Below, piece after piece: positions 1 to 8,262 of a DNA stretch of 64,000 nucleotides. Position 1 is the first letter of the stretch, and every line of letters starts with the position of its first letter. The notes under the pieces were generated by a model. It did not search any database, was not told the origin of the DNA, and saw nothing but the letters and a program-made list of their open reading frames with translations. The translations under genes were made by a program, and so were the position numbers. This DNA comes from Deltaproteobacteria bacterium (GTDB lineage: Bacteria > Myxococcota > UBA727 > VGSZ01). The stretch is from positions 30,374 through 94,373 of the forward strand of contig JACOUT010000005.1 in the NCBI GenBank assembly GCA_016177705.1, written 5' to 3'.

Positions 1-482
1 TCTACTTCGCGCGCGTCACGGGCGCGACCGGGGCCTACCTCACAGAGGTGGACAGCGATTGCACCGCAGCGGCACCTTGGCCGGAGATCACGGCGCCGCC
101 CACGGCGCCGTCGACCGTGGTCGGCGGCAACGACATCACCATCAGCGTGCCGGTGAACGCGCTGGTGCAGGGGGGCAGCATCTCGCTCTGGAACGAGCCG
201 AACGCGATGGGCTTGACGGACGGCATCGTGGCAAACGGCGTGCTGACCGCGACGCTGTACACGTACGCGGGCGCCGCCTACCAGGGACCGTGGACCGTGC
301 GGGTGCAGGTGTGGACGCTCGACGGCAGTGGCTTCATCCAACACCGCAGCACGTACCAGCTATCCCCTCCCTATTCGATGACGCAGTACACCCAGATCGA
401 AGAGAACTTCGAGTTCTTTCCGGAGTTGGTGACCACACAGTCCACGCCGTTTGATCTCGTCACCGTCACCGTCACTCCCTGA
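1..482 (+). CDS. 3' fragment of a CDS that starts upstream of the window (codon_start 3); hypothetical secreted protein C-terminus
   Basis: Open frame from nt 3 runs without stops into ORF 48..482. No family recognised. Confidence 0.35.
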   Translation, partial: YFARVTGATGAYLTEVDSDCTAAAPWPEITAPPTAPSTVVGGNDITISVPVNALVQGGSISLWNEPNAMGLTDGIVANGVLTATLYTYAGAAYQGPWTVRVQVWTLDGSGFIQHRSTYQLSPPYSMTQYTQIEENFEFFPELVTTQSTPFDLVTVTVTP

Positions 483-954
483 CCGACGGCTGGCGCGACC
501 GGACGCGCTTTCCAAGCGCCTGCGTCGTCCCGCGCGCGACGTCGCCGCCCCCGGCGATGACGAGAAGGAAGGGCAAGCGGCTGAGCGTGCTGCAGGACGC
601 CGGATCACGGGTGGACGGGCCGGGCGTGAGCGCGTGGGCTCGGATGTGACCGCGCAAGCGAGCGCATGGGTGCTCGGACGTCCGAATCGGCTCCGCCGTG
701 AAATTGAACACCCACGTTCACGTCGCCACCGCCGACGGCGTGCTCGTGCGCGGCGCCGAAGGTCGCGCCGCGCTGTTGCGTCTCCCGGCACCCGATGACG
801 ACGACAGTGACTCGCATGTCGTTTCGAGAGGTGTCCACCAAACCGGGTCAATTTCATACCAGCGCGACGTACCCGTCGAACGCCGACGCCGGCAGATCAG
901 GCTTTGGACGTGTTCGCTTTGCGGGAGGCGGTACGCCACGCCTTGGCGCGTGTG

Positions 955-2208
955 CTACGCGCCGAGCAGCCGCACCGCGGCGGCGACGCCGTCGTCCCCT
1001 CGTAGCCGTACCGCCAGCGCCTCGGCGCGCGCCTTGACGGCCGGGTCGAGTAGCGCGCGCAGGGCGGTGACCAGCCGCTCCGCGTCGACATGGCGGAACG
1101 GCACGCGCGCACCCACGCCGTTGGCGATCAATCGGCGGGCCCAATAGGGCTGGTCCACCAGGAAGTGGCACACGACCGCCGGCAAACCCGCGCGCAGCGC
1201 GGCGTGCGTCGTGCCGGCGCCGCCGTGGTGCACTGCTGCACGACAGCGCGGCAGCACCGCGTCGTGATCGAACGCGGGCGCGACGAACGTGCGCGCCCCG
1301 CGGCCGCCGCTCGGGCGCAGCGCGCTCCAGCCCGCGCCGACGAGGCCGCGTACGTCGAGCTCGGCGCACACGTCGTCGACGATCGCCAGCAGGCGCGAAG
1401 GGTCACGCACCGGCATGCTGCCGAAGCCGAAGAACACCGGCGCGTCGCCGGCGGCGAGCCACTCCTCGAGCCCCGACGGCGGGGCGCCTTCGCCCAGCTG
1501 TGCCCGTGTCGCCGGGTCGAGCACCAGCGCACCGGTGACAATGTGGTGCGACGGCCAGTCTCGCGGTCGCGGCTGCAGCACCTCGCTGTAGAGGTGCAGC
1601 GTCAGCGCCGCCAGCTCCTCGGCGCGCGCGTGCACGTTGCCGCGCGGGGGCGTCACGCCGAGCCTTGCTGCCGTGGCGCACGCGGTCGCGGCGCCGCCGC
1701 GTCCCAGCGTGCCGAGCAGGAACACCGCCGACAACCGGTTCAGCGCCCCACCGAGGTCACCGACGTCGATGAGCGGGAACGGCAGCTCGCGCGTCGGCAC
1801 GGTGGGCCCGAGCGCGACCCGCACCAGGCGCGCGCCGCGCGCCGCCACCACGGCCAGCGCAGGGCCCACCATGAGCGGGTGCGCGATCACCACCTCGGCG
1901 TCTTCGCCGGCGCGCGCGAACGCCTCGACGAGCTGCGGGCGGTGCTCGGCGTCGAGCCGCATCAGCGCGCGCGCGAACGCGAGCAAGCTGCCGTCCTCGA
2001 CGAAGCGCTGGCCGAACTCGCTGTGTAACACCTCTTGCGCGCCGAACGGCAGCGGCACCGCGGCGATGCCACCCGCCTCGGCGAACGCCACCAGGTCCCG
2101 CGGCGTCGTCATGGCGACGGCGTGGCCGCGCTGCGCGAGCGCGGCGCCGAGCGCGACGAGGGGCTGCACATCGCCGCGGGTGCCGGTCGTGAGGATCGCG
2201 ATGCGCAC
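955..2208 (-). CDS. GT1-family UDP-glycosyltransferase (MGT/UGT-like)
   Basis: 417 aa, N-terminal 'MRIAILTTGTRGDVQP', C-terminal 'HHGGAGTT' nucleotide-sugar binding signature typical of GT1 (GT-B) enzymes. Confidence 0.8.
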   Translation of the reverse strand: MRIAILTTGTRGDVQPLVALGAALAQRGHAVAMTTPRDLVAFAEAGGIAAVPLPFGAQEVLHSEFGQRFVEDGSLLAFARALMRLDAEHRPQLVEAFARAGEDAEVVIAHPLMVGPALAVVAARGARLVRVALGPTVPTRELPFPLIDVGDLGGALNRLSAVFLLGTLGRGGAATACATAARLGVTPPRGNVHARAEELAALTLHLYSEVLQPRPRDWPSHHIVTGALVLDPATRAQLGEGAPPSGLEEWLAAGDAPVFFGFGSMPVRDPSRLLAIVDDVCAELDVRGLVGAGWSALRPSGGRGARTFVAPAFDHDAVLPRCRAAVHHGGAGTTHAALRAGLPAVVCHFLVDQPYWARRLIANGVGARVPFRHVDAERLVTALRALLDPAVKARAEALAVRLRGDDGVAAAVRLLGA

Positions 2209-2280
2209 GCGTCCCGCATAGCGCGCCGGCGTAGCGAGCCCAACCTGCTACCGTGTGGCAACCCTCTGGTGGAGGAGCTC

Positions 2281-4857
2281 ATGCGCCGGTTCGTGCTCGC
2301 GCTCGCCCTGGTTGTCCTCGTCGTGCCCGCCTGCTCGTGTGACACGCCGGCGTCGATCGACGACGCGGGCACTTCCGACGACGGAGGCGCGCGCGATGGG
2401 GGCGCGGACGCGGACGCGGGCGAGCAGCAGGATGGGGGCGGCGATCTCGACGCGGGAGCTGACGACGACGCGGGTGGCGGCGGGGAGGACGCTGGCCCCA
2501 CCGACGCGGGGCCGACCGCGCCCGTCATCGCGCAGTTCACGGCGACACCGTCGACGGTCGACCTGCAGGCGCCGACCTCCGTCACGTGGAGCTGGAGCTA
2601 CGCGACGCTGCCCTCGCCGACGCCGAGCTGCACCATCGATCAGGGCGTCGGCGCCGCCGCCAGTGGCGCCAGCACGCAGGTGACGCTGCTCGGCGACACG
2701 ACCTTCACGCTCACCTGCGCCAGCTCGGCGGGCAGTGACACGGCGACGGCGCAGGTCGGCACCGCGATCCGGTCATGGACGCAGGTGTCCGCTGGCTCCC
2801 TGCACGCGTGCGGCCTCAAGGGCGCGGGCGAGCTGTTCTGCTGGGGCGACAACGCGAACGGCGCGCTCGGCACCGGCACCTTCGACGACGGCATCTACCC
2901 GTTGCGGGTGGGGCTCGCCGCAGACTGGACCTCGATCGCCGCCGGCACCGGGCATAGCTGCGGCATCCGCGGCGGTGAGCTGTACTGCTGGGGCGCCAAC
3001 ACGCACGGCAAGCTCGGCGTCGGCATCGCCGTGGGCGTCCCCACCTGGGTGCCGCTGCGGGTTGGCGGCGACAGCGACTGGACCAGCGTCACGGCCGGTG
3101 AGAATCACACGTGCGGTATCAAGGGCGGTGGCGAGCTGTGGTGTTGGGGCATGAATTGGTTCGGGCAGCTCGGCGACAGCTCCATCGGCACGCAGGAGGA
3201 CAAGGACGTGCCGGTGCGTGCGGGCGGCGACAGCGACTGGACGAGCGTGGTCGCCAGTACCTGGCATACCTGCGGCACCAAGGGCACAGGCGAGCTGTAC
3301 TGCTGGGGCTTCAACAGTTTCGGCCAGATCGGCGACAACTCGACCAGCCACAAGAGCGTGCCCACGCAGGTCGGCGTCGACGCGGATTGGCGCGCCGCGG
3401 CGGCCGGCGGCGACATGAGCTGCGCTGTCAAGGGCGCGGGCGAGCTGTTCTGCTGGGGCACGGGCGAGCTCGGTGACGGCGCCACCTACCTCTCGCGCGT
3501 GCCACTACGCGTCGGCAGCGCGACGGACTGGAGCCGCGTGGCGGCCGCCCCGACGCACATCTGTGGCGTGAGGGGCGTAGGCGAGCTGTACTGCTGGGGC
3601 GGCAATAACTCCGGGCAGCTCGGCGACGACAGCGTCGCGCTCCGCCGCACGCCGACGCGCGTGGGCAGCCTCGACACATGGAGCCAGGTCGACGTCGGCT
3701 ACCAGCTTAGCTGCGGCATCCACGACGGTGAGCTCGACTGCTGGGGCAACAACGGCGAGGGACAACTCGGCCTCGACACGCCGGGCTACGCGACCGCCCC
3801 TGAGCGCGTCGGCGTCGACAGCGACTGGAGCGCGGTGGCCGCCGGTGCGCGCTTCACCTGCGGCGTGAAGAGCGGCGAGCTGTGGTGCTGGGGTGAAAAC
3901 GCGGCGGGTCAGCTCGGCTCGGGCGATCGCGTGCCACTCGCCGAGCCGGCGCGCGTTGGCGCCGCCAGCGATTGGGCGTCGGTGTCGGCAGGCGCGCTCA
4001 CGGCTTGCGCCGTCACCACGCAGCGCGAGCTGTGGTGTTGGGGCGACAACGGCTTCGGCCAGGGTGGCGTGGGCTCGCCGGGGCCGCTGCTCGTGCCGAC
4101 GCGCGTCGGCACCGACAGCGACTGGACCGCGGTGGGCGTCGGTCTGTGGGTGAGCTGCGGCGTCAAGGGCGTCGGCGAGCTGTACTGCTGGGGCAGCGCG
4201 AGCAACGGCGCGCTCGGTGACGGCACCGACGTGAACAAGCCCTCGCCCACGCGCATCGGCAGCGACGACGACTGGATCGAGGTCGTGGGTGGCGGGCACT
4301 GGTTCATGTGCGGGCGTCGCGCCGGCGGCGAGGCGTTCTGCTGGGGCAACGGCGCCTTCGGACAGGTCGGCGATGGCAGCACGCAGCAGCGCAACGTGCC
4401 GACGGCCCTCGACACCGCCAAGCTGTTCTCGTCGCTGGCGGCGGGGCAGGCGCACGCGTGCGGCACCACCACCGACGGCGAGCTGTACTGCTGGGGCGCG
4501 AACGCGGGCATCGGCGCGTCGGGCAACGCCATCCCTGCCCAGAGCCCCGTGCCGGTCGGCCTCGAGACCGACTGGGGCGTGCTCGGCGCCGGCTCCGGCT
4601 TCACCTGCGGCCTGCGTGGCCCCGGCGCGCTCTACTGCCGCGGCGCCAACGACTACGGTCAGCTCGGCACCGGCAGCCGCGATGCCGCGGTCTACGCCGT
4701 GCGCGTGGGGCTCGGCGACGATTGGCAGGACGTCGCCGCCGGCACGTTGCACGCGTGCGGCGTCCGCGCGGGCGCGCTCTTTTGTTGGGGCTCGGACGCC
4801 TCGGGTCAGCTCGGCGTTGGCCGCGGCTGGGTGCAGGTGCCGTCGCGCGTGTGGTGA
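2281..4857 (+). CDS. RCC1-repeat (beta-propeller) lipoprotein with Asp/Gly-rich N-terminal linker
   Basis: Internal ATG at 2281 gives signal peptide + lipobox 'LVVPACSC'; upstream 82 codons of the ORF are R/G-rich junk. At least 14 repeats of the 'GEL(Y/W)CWG.N..GQLG' RCC1 blade signature. Confidence 0.8.
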   Translation: MRRFVLALALVVLVVPACSCDTPASIDDAGTSDDGGARDGGADADAGEQQDGGGDLDAGADDDAGGGGEDAGPTDAGPTAPVIAQFTATPSTVDLQAPTSVTWSWSYATLPSPTPSCTIDQGVGAAASGASTQVTLLGDTTFTLTCASSAGSDTATAQVGTAIRSWTQVSAGSLHACGLKGAGELFCWGDNANGALGTGTFDDGIYPLRVGLAADWTSIAAGTGHSCGIRGGELYCWGANTHGKLGVGIAVGVPTWVPLRVGGDSDWTSVTAGENHTCGIKGGGELWCWGMNWFGQLGDSSIGTQEDKDVPVRAGGDSDWTSVVASTWHTCGTKGTGELYCWGFNSFGQIGDNSTSHKSVPTQVGVDADWRAAAAGGDMSCAVKGAGELFCWGTGELGDGATYLSRVPLRVGSATDWSRVAAAPTHICGVRGVGELYCWGGNNSGQLGDDSVALRRTPTRVGSLDTWSQVDVGYQLSCGIHDGELDCWGNNGEGQLGLDTPGYATAPERVGVDSDWSAVAAGARFTCGVKSGELWCWGENAAGQLGSGDRVPLAEPARVGAASDWASVSAGALTACAVTTQRELWCWGDNGFGQGGVGSPGPLLVPTRVGTDSDWTAVGVGLWVSCGVKGVGELYCWGSASNGALGDGTDVNKPSPTRIGSDDDWIEVVGGGHWFMCGRRAGGEAFCWGNGAFGQVGDGSTQQRNVPTALDTAKLFSSLAAGQAHACGTTTDGELYCWGANAGIGASGNAIPAQSPVPVGLETDWGVLGAGSGFTCGLRGPGALYCRGANDYGQLGTGSRDAAVYAVRVGLGDDWQDVAAGTLHACGVRAGALFCWGSDASGQLGVGRGWVQVPSRVW

Positions 4858-4897
4858 AGCGGCGCATCGCCGAGGGCGCGGTTGCGCCGCCGGGCGG

Positions 4898-5605
4898 TCA
4901 CTGCGGCGCGGCGCAGGCGACGTTGGAGGAGTGCCCGCCGCGATCTTCGGTCCACACCGCCAGCTCGCGATCGACGCGGTCGACGCAGCCGAGCACGACG
5001 ACGGTGCCGGCAGCGGCGTCGCCCGACTGCGACAGCACAGCGTCGATCTGAAAGACGTACGGGAAGCCGACGAAGGACTGGCTCTGCACGAACACCGCGG
5101 CGCCCGAGTCCGTCGCCAGTTGCCACATGTCAGCTTCTCGATCGAGGAACGAATAGCTCACCCGCACACCTTCGAGGTCGGGGTCGCACGGCGAGGTCGC
5201 GATCACTTCCACGTCGAAGATCGCCGGCCCTCCGGCCTGCCGCGGCTGCGCGTTCGAGCCCGCGGCGCAACTGGGCGCCGCGCCACCAACGCACTGGGCC
5301 GCGGCACAGGGAGCCACGTCGCAGCAGAGCCCCGGTGCGCACGACCCATCCGTCGTGCAGGTCGGGTCGCCTTCGCCTTCGCCCTCTCCTTCGCCCTCGC
5401 CCTCTCCTTCGCCTTCGCCTTCGCCGGGTGGCGTGTCTTCTGCGCAGACGCGGTCGACGCAGTACGGCAGCGACTCGGGGCAGTCATCGTCGTCGTCGCA
5501 GCGGACGCGCGCTCCGTCGCAGCCGTCGAGGGCCGCCACACACCCGAGCGCGAGCACGACCGCGGCCACCGGAGACGGCCAGCCTCGGCGCTGCGCGCGG
5601 GTCAT
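4898..5605 (-). CDS. secreted lipoprotein: signal peptide, Cys motif, (GE)n tract (copy 1 of the recurring module)
   Basis: 'VVLALGCVAALDGCDGARVRCDDDDDCPESLPYCVDRVCAEDTPPGEGEGEGEGEGEGEGEGD', then a ~130 aa Cys-containing domain. Overlaps the upstream gene by 4 nt. Confidence 0.7.
   Translation of the reverse strand: MTRAQRRGWPSPVAAVVLALGCVAALDGCDGARVRCDDDDDCPESLPYCVDRVCAEDTPPGEGEGEGEGEGEGEGEGEGDPTCTTDGSCAPGLCCDVAPCAAAQCVGGAAPSCAAGSNAQPRQAGGPAIFDVEVIATSPCDPDLEGVRVSYSFLDREADMWQLATDSGAAVFVQSQSFVGFPYVFQIDAVLSQSGDAAAGTVVVLGCVDRVDRELAVWTEDRGGHSSNVACAAPQ
5368..5426. repeat. GGYGAR hexanucleotide microsatellite encoding (Gly-Glu)n
   Basis: 'gccttcgccttcgccctctccttcgccctcgcc...' read on the + strand; in-frame within 4898..5605. 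Confidence 0.85.
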
Positions 5606-6381
5606 GGGCCACGCTCGACGAGCAGCCCGACGCCGAGCGCGCCCAGGCCGACCACGGCCACGCCCGCCGCGACCAGCGAGAGCGCACCGAGCGGAGCGCC
5701 GTAGTCGAGGAAGCCTTGCTTGAGATTCGGATCGCCGCTCGGATCCTGGGTCGAGCCGTAGAGGATCCCGAGGGTGGCACCGAGCCCCACCGCAGCCACA
5801 GCCCCAACCGCGGCCACTGCGCCCCCTGCGACGGTGAGGGTCGGGAAGCGCGACTCCTGCGATCCGAGTCCCGCGACGGCGCTGGGCGCCTTGTCGACGA
5901 GATCCTCGATGCTCGCGGCCCGCACCGTGGTGCGGCCGAGCGCGCGCGCCGTCGCGGGATCGATGAGCGCGACGCTCAAGACCAGGCCCTCGCCGAGCCG
6001 CACCGCGCTGCCGTGGAGCACGCGGCTCGCGCCAAGCGCGGCGCCGAGCTCGGCCAGGCAGGCGTCGGTTCCCGTGTCGCAGCCGACCAGTTGCCTGCCC
6101 GCCTCAACGTCGAGCACACGCCGCAGGTCCTCCGAGGTGAGCACCTCGGTAGCCGGCGACCGTTGCAACTGTGCGGCGAGGGCGTCACGCACCAACGCGG
6201 CCTCGGCGTTCGACAGCGCGTCGCCAGAGATGTCGAGCACCAGCACGCGCAGCGGCGCTGACGCCGCTAGGAGCGCAAGGAGCGTGACGTGGCCCACGGG
6301 CCCATCCTCGCCTTCCCGTCGTGGTCGGCAAGCGGGCTTGCCGGCACGGCCGACCTTCCTCTTGAAGACCAGCGTTCGCAT
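5602..6381 (-). CDS. module partner protein: N-terminal signal, conserved CxxxxxC domain, C-terminal double Gly/Ala-zipper hydrophobic tail
   Basis: Real coding part starts around 'MRTLVFKRK...VGHVTLLALLAASAP' (ATG at 6381, or GTG at 6297). The N-terminal 87 codons of ORF 5602..6642 are Arg-rich junk. Clear paralog of 45433..46287 ('EVLTSEDLRRVLDVEAGRQLVGCDTGTDACLAELGAALGA' vs 'DVLSSSDVRRAVELEGDKRALGCAEQTSCLAEVAGAMGA'). Ends 'VAAGVAVVGLGALGVGLLVERGP'. Confidence 0.6.
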   Translation of the reverse strand: MRTLVFKRKVGRAGKPACRPRREGEDGPVGHVTLLALLAASAPLRVLVLDISGDALSNAEAALVRDALAAQLQRSPATEVLTSEDLRRVLDVEAGRQLVGCDTGTDACLAELGAALGASRVLHGSAVRLGEGLVLSVALIDPATARALGRTTVRAASIEDLVDKAPSAVAGLGSQESRFPTLTVAGGAVAAVGAVAAVGLGATLGILYGSTQDPSGDPNLKQGFLDYGAPLGALSLVAAGVAVVGLGALGVGLLVERGP

Positions 6382-6433
6382 CGTCCACGCCACAGGGCGC
6401 AGGCGCGACCGCCTGCTGGCGAGCTTCGACCAG

Positions 6434-8086
6434 TCACGCTCGTGGCGCGGCGGCGTAGTCGGGATAGGCTGGCGACCACAGCAGCGATCGGACGTGGGCG
6501 TCGAGGTCGTGCGGAGGCGGCGCGGTCGCCAGCCCGCGCGCGAACGCGACCTGCGCGACCGCGCAGGCGACGCGCACCGACACCTCGCGCACGCGCGACA
6601 GCCTCGGGAAGACGCGCCCAACCGCGAGATCGTCGTCGCCAACCTCTGCCGCCAGCGCCCGCGCCGCAGCCAGGAACATCTCGTCGGTGACTAGACGGCT
6701 GCGCGCGGCCACCACGCCAAGGCCGATTCCCGGGAAGACGTACACGTTGTTGCCCTGACCCGGCTCGATGCGCCGCCCCCCGAACGTGAGGGGCGGAAAT
6801 GGGCTGCCGCTGGCGAAGATCACGCGGCCGCCGGTGGCGTTCACCGCGGCCTCGGCGGTGCACTCGGCCTTGGCGGTCGGGTTGGAGAGCGCGAACACGA
6901 TCGGCCGCTGGTTGAGGGAAGCCATGCGCGACAGCACCTGGTCGCTGAAGGCGTTGGCCTGCGTGGAGGTGCCGATCAGCGCGGTAGGCCGCAGCGCCTC
7001 CACCGCGTCGAGCAAGGTCGAAGCCGGAGCGTGCTCGTGCGCGAAGTGCACCTTGTGGCCGGCCAGCGTGCCGTCGTTGCGAGCGCTCGTGACCAGCCCT
7101 CGCGAGTCGAACAGCCAGCATTGGCGTCGCGCGTCGCTCTCGGCCATCCCGTCTTGGACCGCGGCCGCGACGAACAGCTCGGCGATCCCGGTACCCGCCT
7201 CGCCCGCACCGAAGAACAGCAGGCGCTGCTCGCGCAACGACGTACCGCTGAGACGCAACGCGGCAACCAGCCCGGCGACGGCGACGGCGGCAGTACCTTG
7301 GATGTCGTCGTTGAAGGTGAGCACGCGACCGCGATAGCGCTCGAGCAAGCGGAACGCGTTGTTGTTGCCGAAGTCTTCGAATTGGATCAGCAGGCCCGGC
7401 CAGCGTTTGTTGAGTGCGCCGACCAGCTCCTCGACGAGCGCATCGTAGCGTTCGTCGCGTGTGCGACGACGCTTGAGGCCGAGGTAGAGCGGATCGGCGA
7501 GCAGCGCCTCGTTTTCGGTGCCGACGTCGAGCGTGATGGGCAAGCAGCGCAGCGGGTCGAAGCCGGCGCACGCGGTGTAGAGGGCGAGCTTGCCCACCGG
7601 GATGCCCATACCGTTGGCACCGAGATCGCCGAGCCCGAGGATGCGCTCCCCGTCGGTCACGACCACCACAGATGCGTCATCCTGCCAGTTGTCGACGATG
7701 CGCCCCACCCGACCTGCGTCTTCGATGGTCACGTAGAGGCCGCGGGGTCGGCGGAAGATCTGCCCGTAGCGCTCGCAGGCGAGGCCGACCGTGGGCGTGT
7801 AGACGATCGGCATCATCGTCTCGAGGTGCTCGGCCAGGAATCGGTAGAACAGGCGCTCGTTGCGGTCCTGCAGACCGATGAGCGCGATGTACTTCTCGAG
7901 GTCGTTGGGCTTGCTGTCGAGATTGTGCTTCACGCGCGCGACTTGCTGCTCCGCCGTCTGCACGCGGGGCGGCAACAGGCCGCGCAGGCCGAGCAGATCG
8001 CGCTCCTCTTCCGTGAAGGCGGTCCCCTTGTTGAACGCCGGATCGTGCAGCAGTGCGATGCCGGTCGGGAGCTGGTGGGGGCTCAT
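6434..8086 (-). CDS. maeA: NAD(P)-dependent malic enzyme
   Basis: 550 aa; 'IVYTPTVG', 'FNDDIQGTAAV', 'FGAGEAG', 'FALSNPT' malic-enzyme signatures. No C-terminal PTA domain. Confidence 0.9.
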   Translation of the reverse strand: MSPHQLPTGIALLHDPAFNKGTAFTEEERDLLGLRGLLPPRVQTAEQQVARVKHNLDSKPNDLEKYIALIGLQDRNERLFYRFLAEHLETMMPIVYTPTVGLACERYGQIFRRPRGLYVTIEDAGRVGRIVDNWQDDASVVVVTDGERILGLGDLGANGMGIPVGKLALYTACAGFDPLRCLPITLDVGTENEALLADPLYLGLKRRRTRDERYDALVEELVGALNKRWPGLLIQFEDFGNNNAFRLLERYRGRVLTFNDDIQGTAAVAVAGLVAALRLSGTSLREQRLLFFGAGEAGTGIAELFVAAAVQDGMAESDARRQCWLFDSRGLVTSARNDGTLAGHKVHFAHEHAPASTLLDAVEALRPTALIGTSTQANAFSDQVLSRMASLNQRPIVFALSNPTAKAECTAEAAVNATGGRVIFASGSPFPPLTFGGRRIEPGQGNNVYVFPGIGLGVVAARSRLVTDEMFLAAARALAAEVGDDDLAVGRVFPRLSRVREVSVRVACAVAQVAFARGLATAPPPHDLDAHVRSLLWSPAYPDYAAAPRA

Positions 8087-8262
8087 GGCGCTCCTCGCGG
8101 GGGTGATGCTGACCCCCTTCGTTGGACGGTCGGTCTACGCCGCACGGCTCATGCGCGCGACTCCTTCCTAGTCCGCCAGGCCTTTGCGTCCCAGCGAGTC
8201 CTGCCCGGTTCTTCGGCCCAGTGCTCGTTTGGCGCGGTCGCCGTGTGTGCCTGTTCGCAGCG

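Noticed and set aside
1090-2028. 312-aa ORF antisense to the GT1 glycosyltransferase
   Set aside because: Arg-rich, low-complexity translation. The minus-strand frame has the GT1 'HHGGAGTT' signature.
5355-5723. ORFs reading the GE microsatellites in other frames or strands (5355..5723 'SPSPSP', 22047..22511 'RAKERAKARV', 33003..33209 'RVRVRV', 46426..46971 'KARVKARV')
   Set aside because: These are frame artefacts of the GGYGAR repeats. Only the Gly-Glu frame is continuous with a signal peptide and a downstream domain.
5602-6642. Full-length 346-aa reading of the module partner (N-terminus 'MATTISRLGASSRGCRACARCRCASPARSRR...')
   Set aside because: The first ~87 codons are Arg/Ser/Cys-rich with no hydrophobic signal and overlap the malic enzyme 3' region. 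The homologous copy-2 protein starts at the equivalent of 6381.
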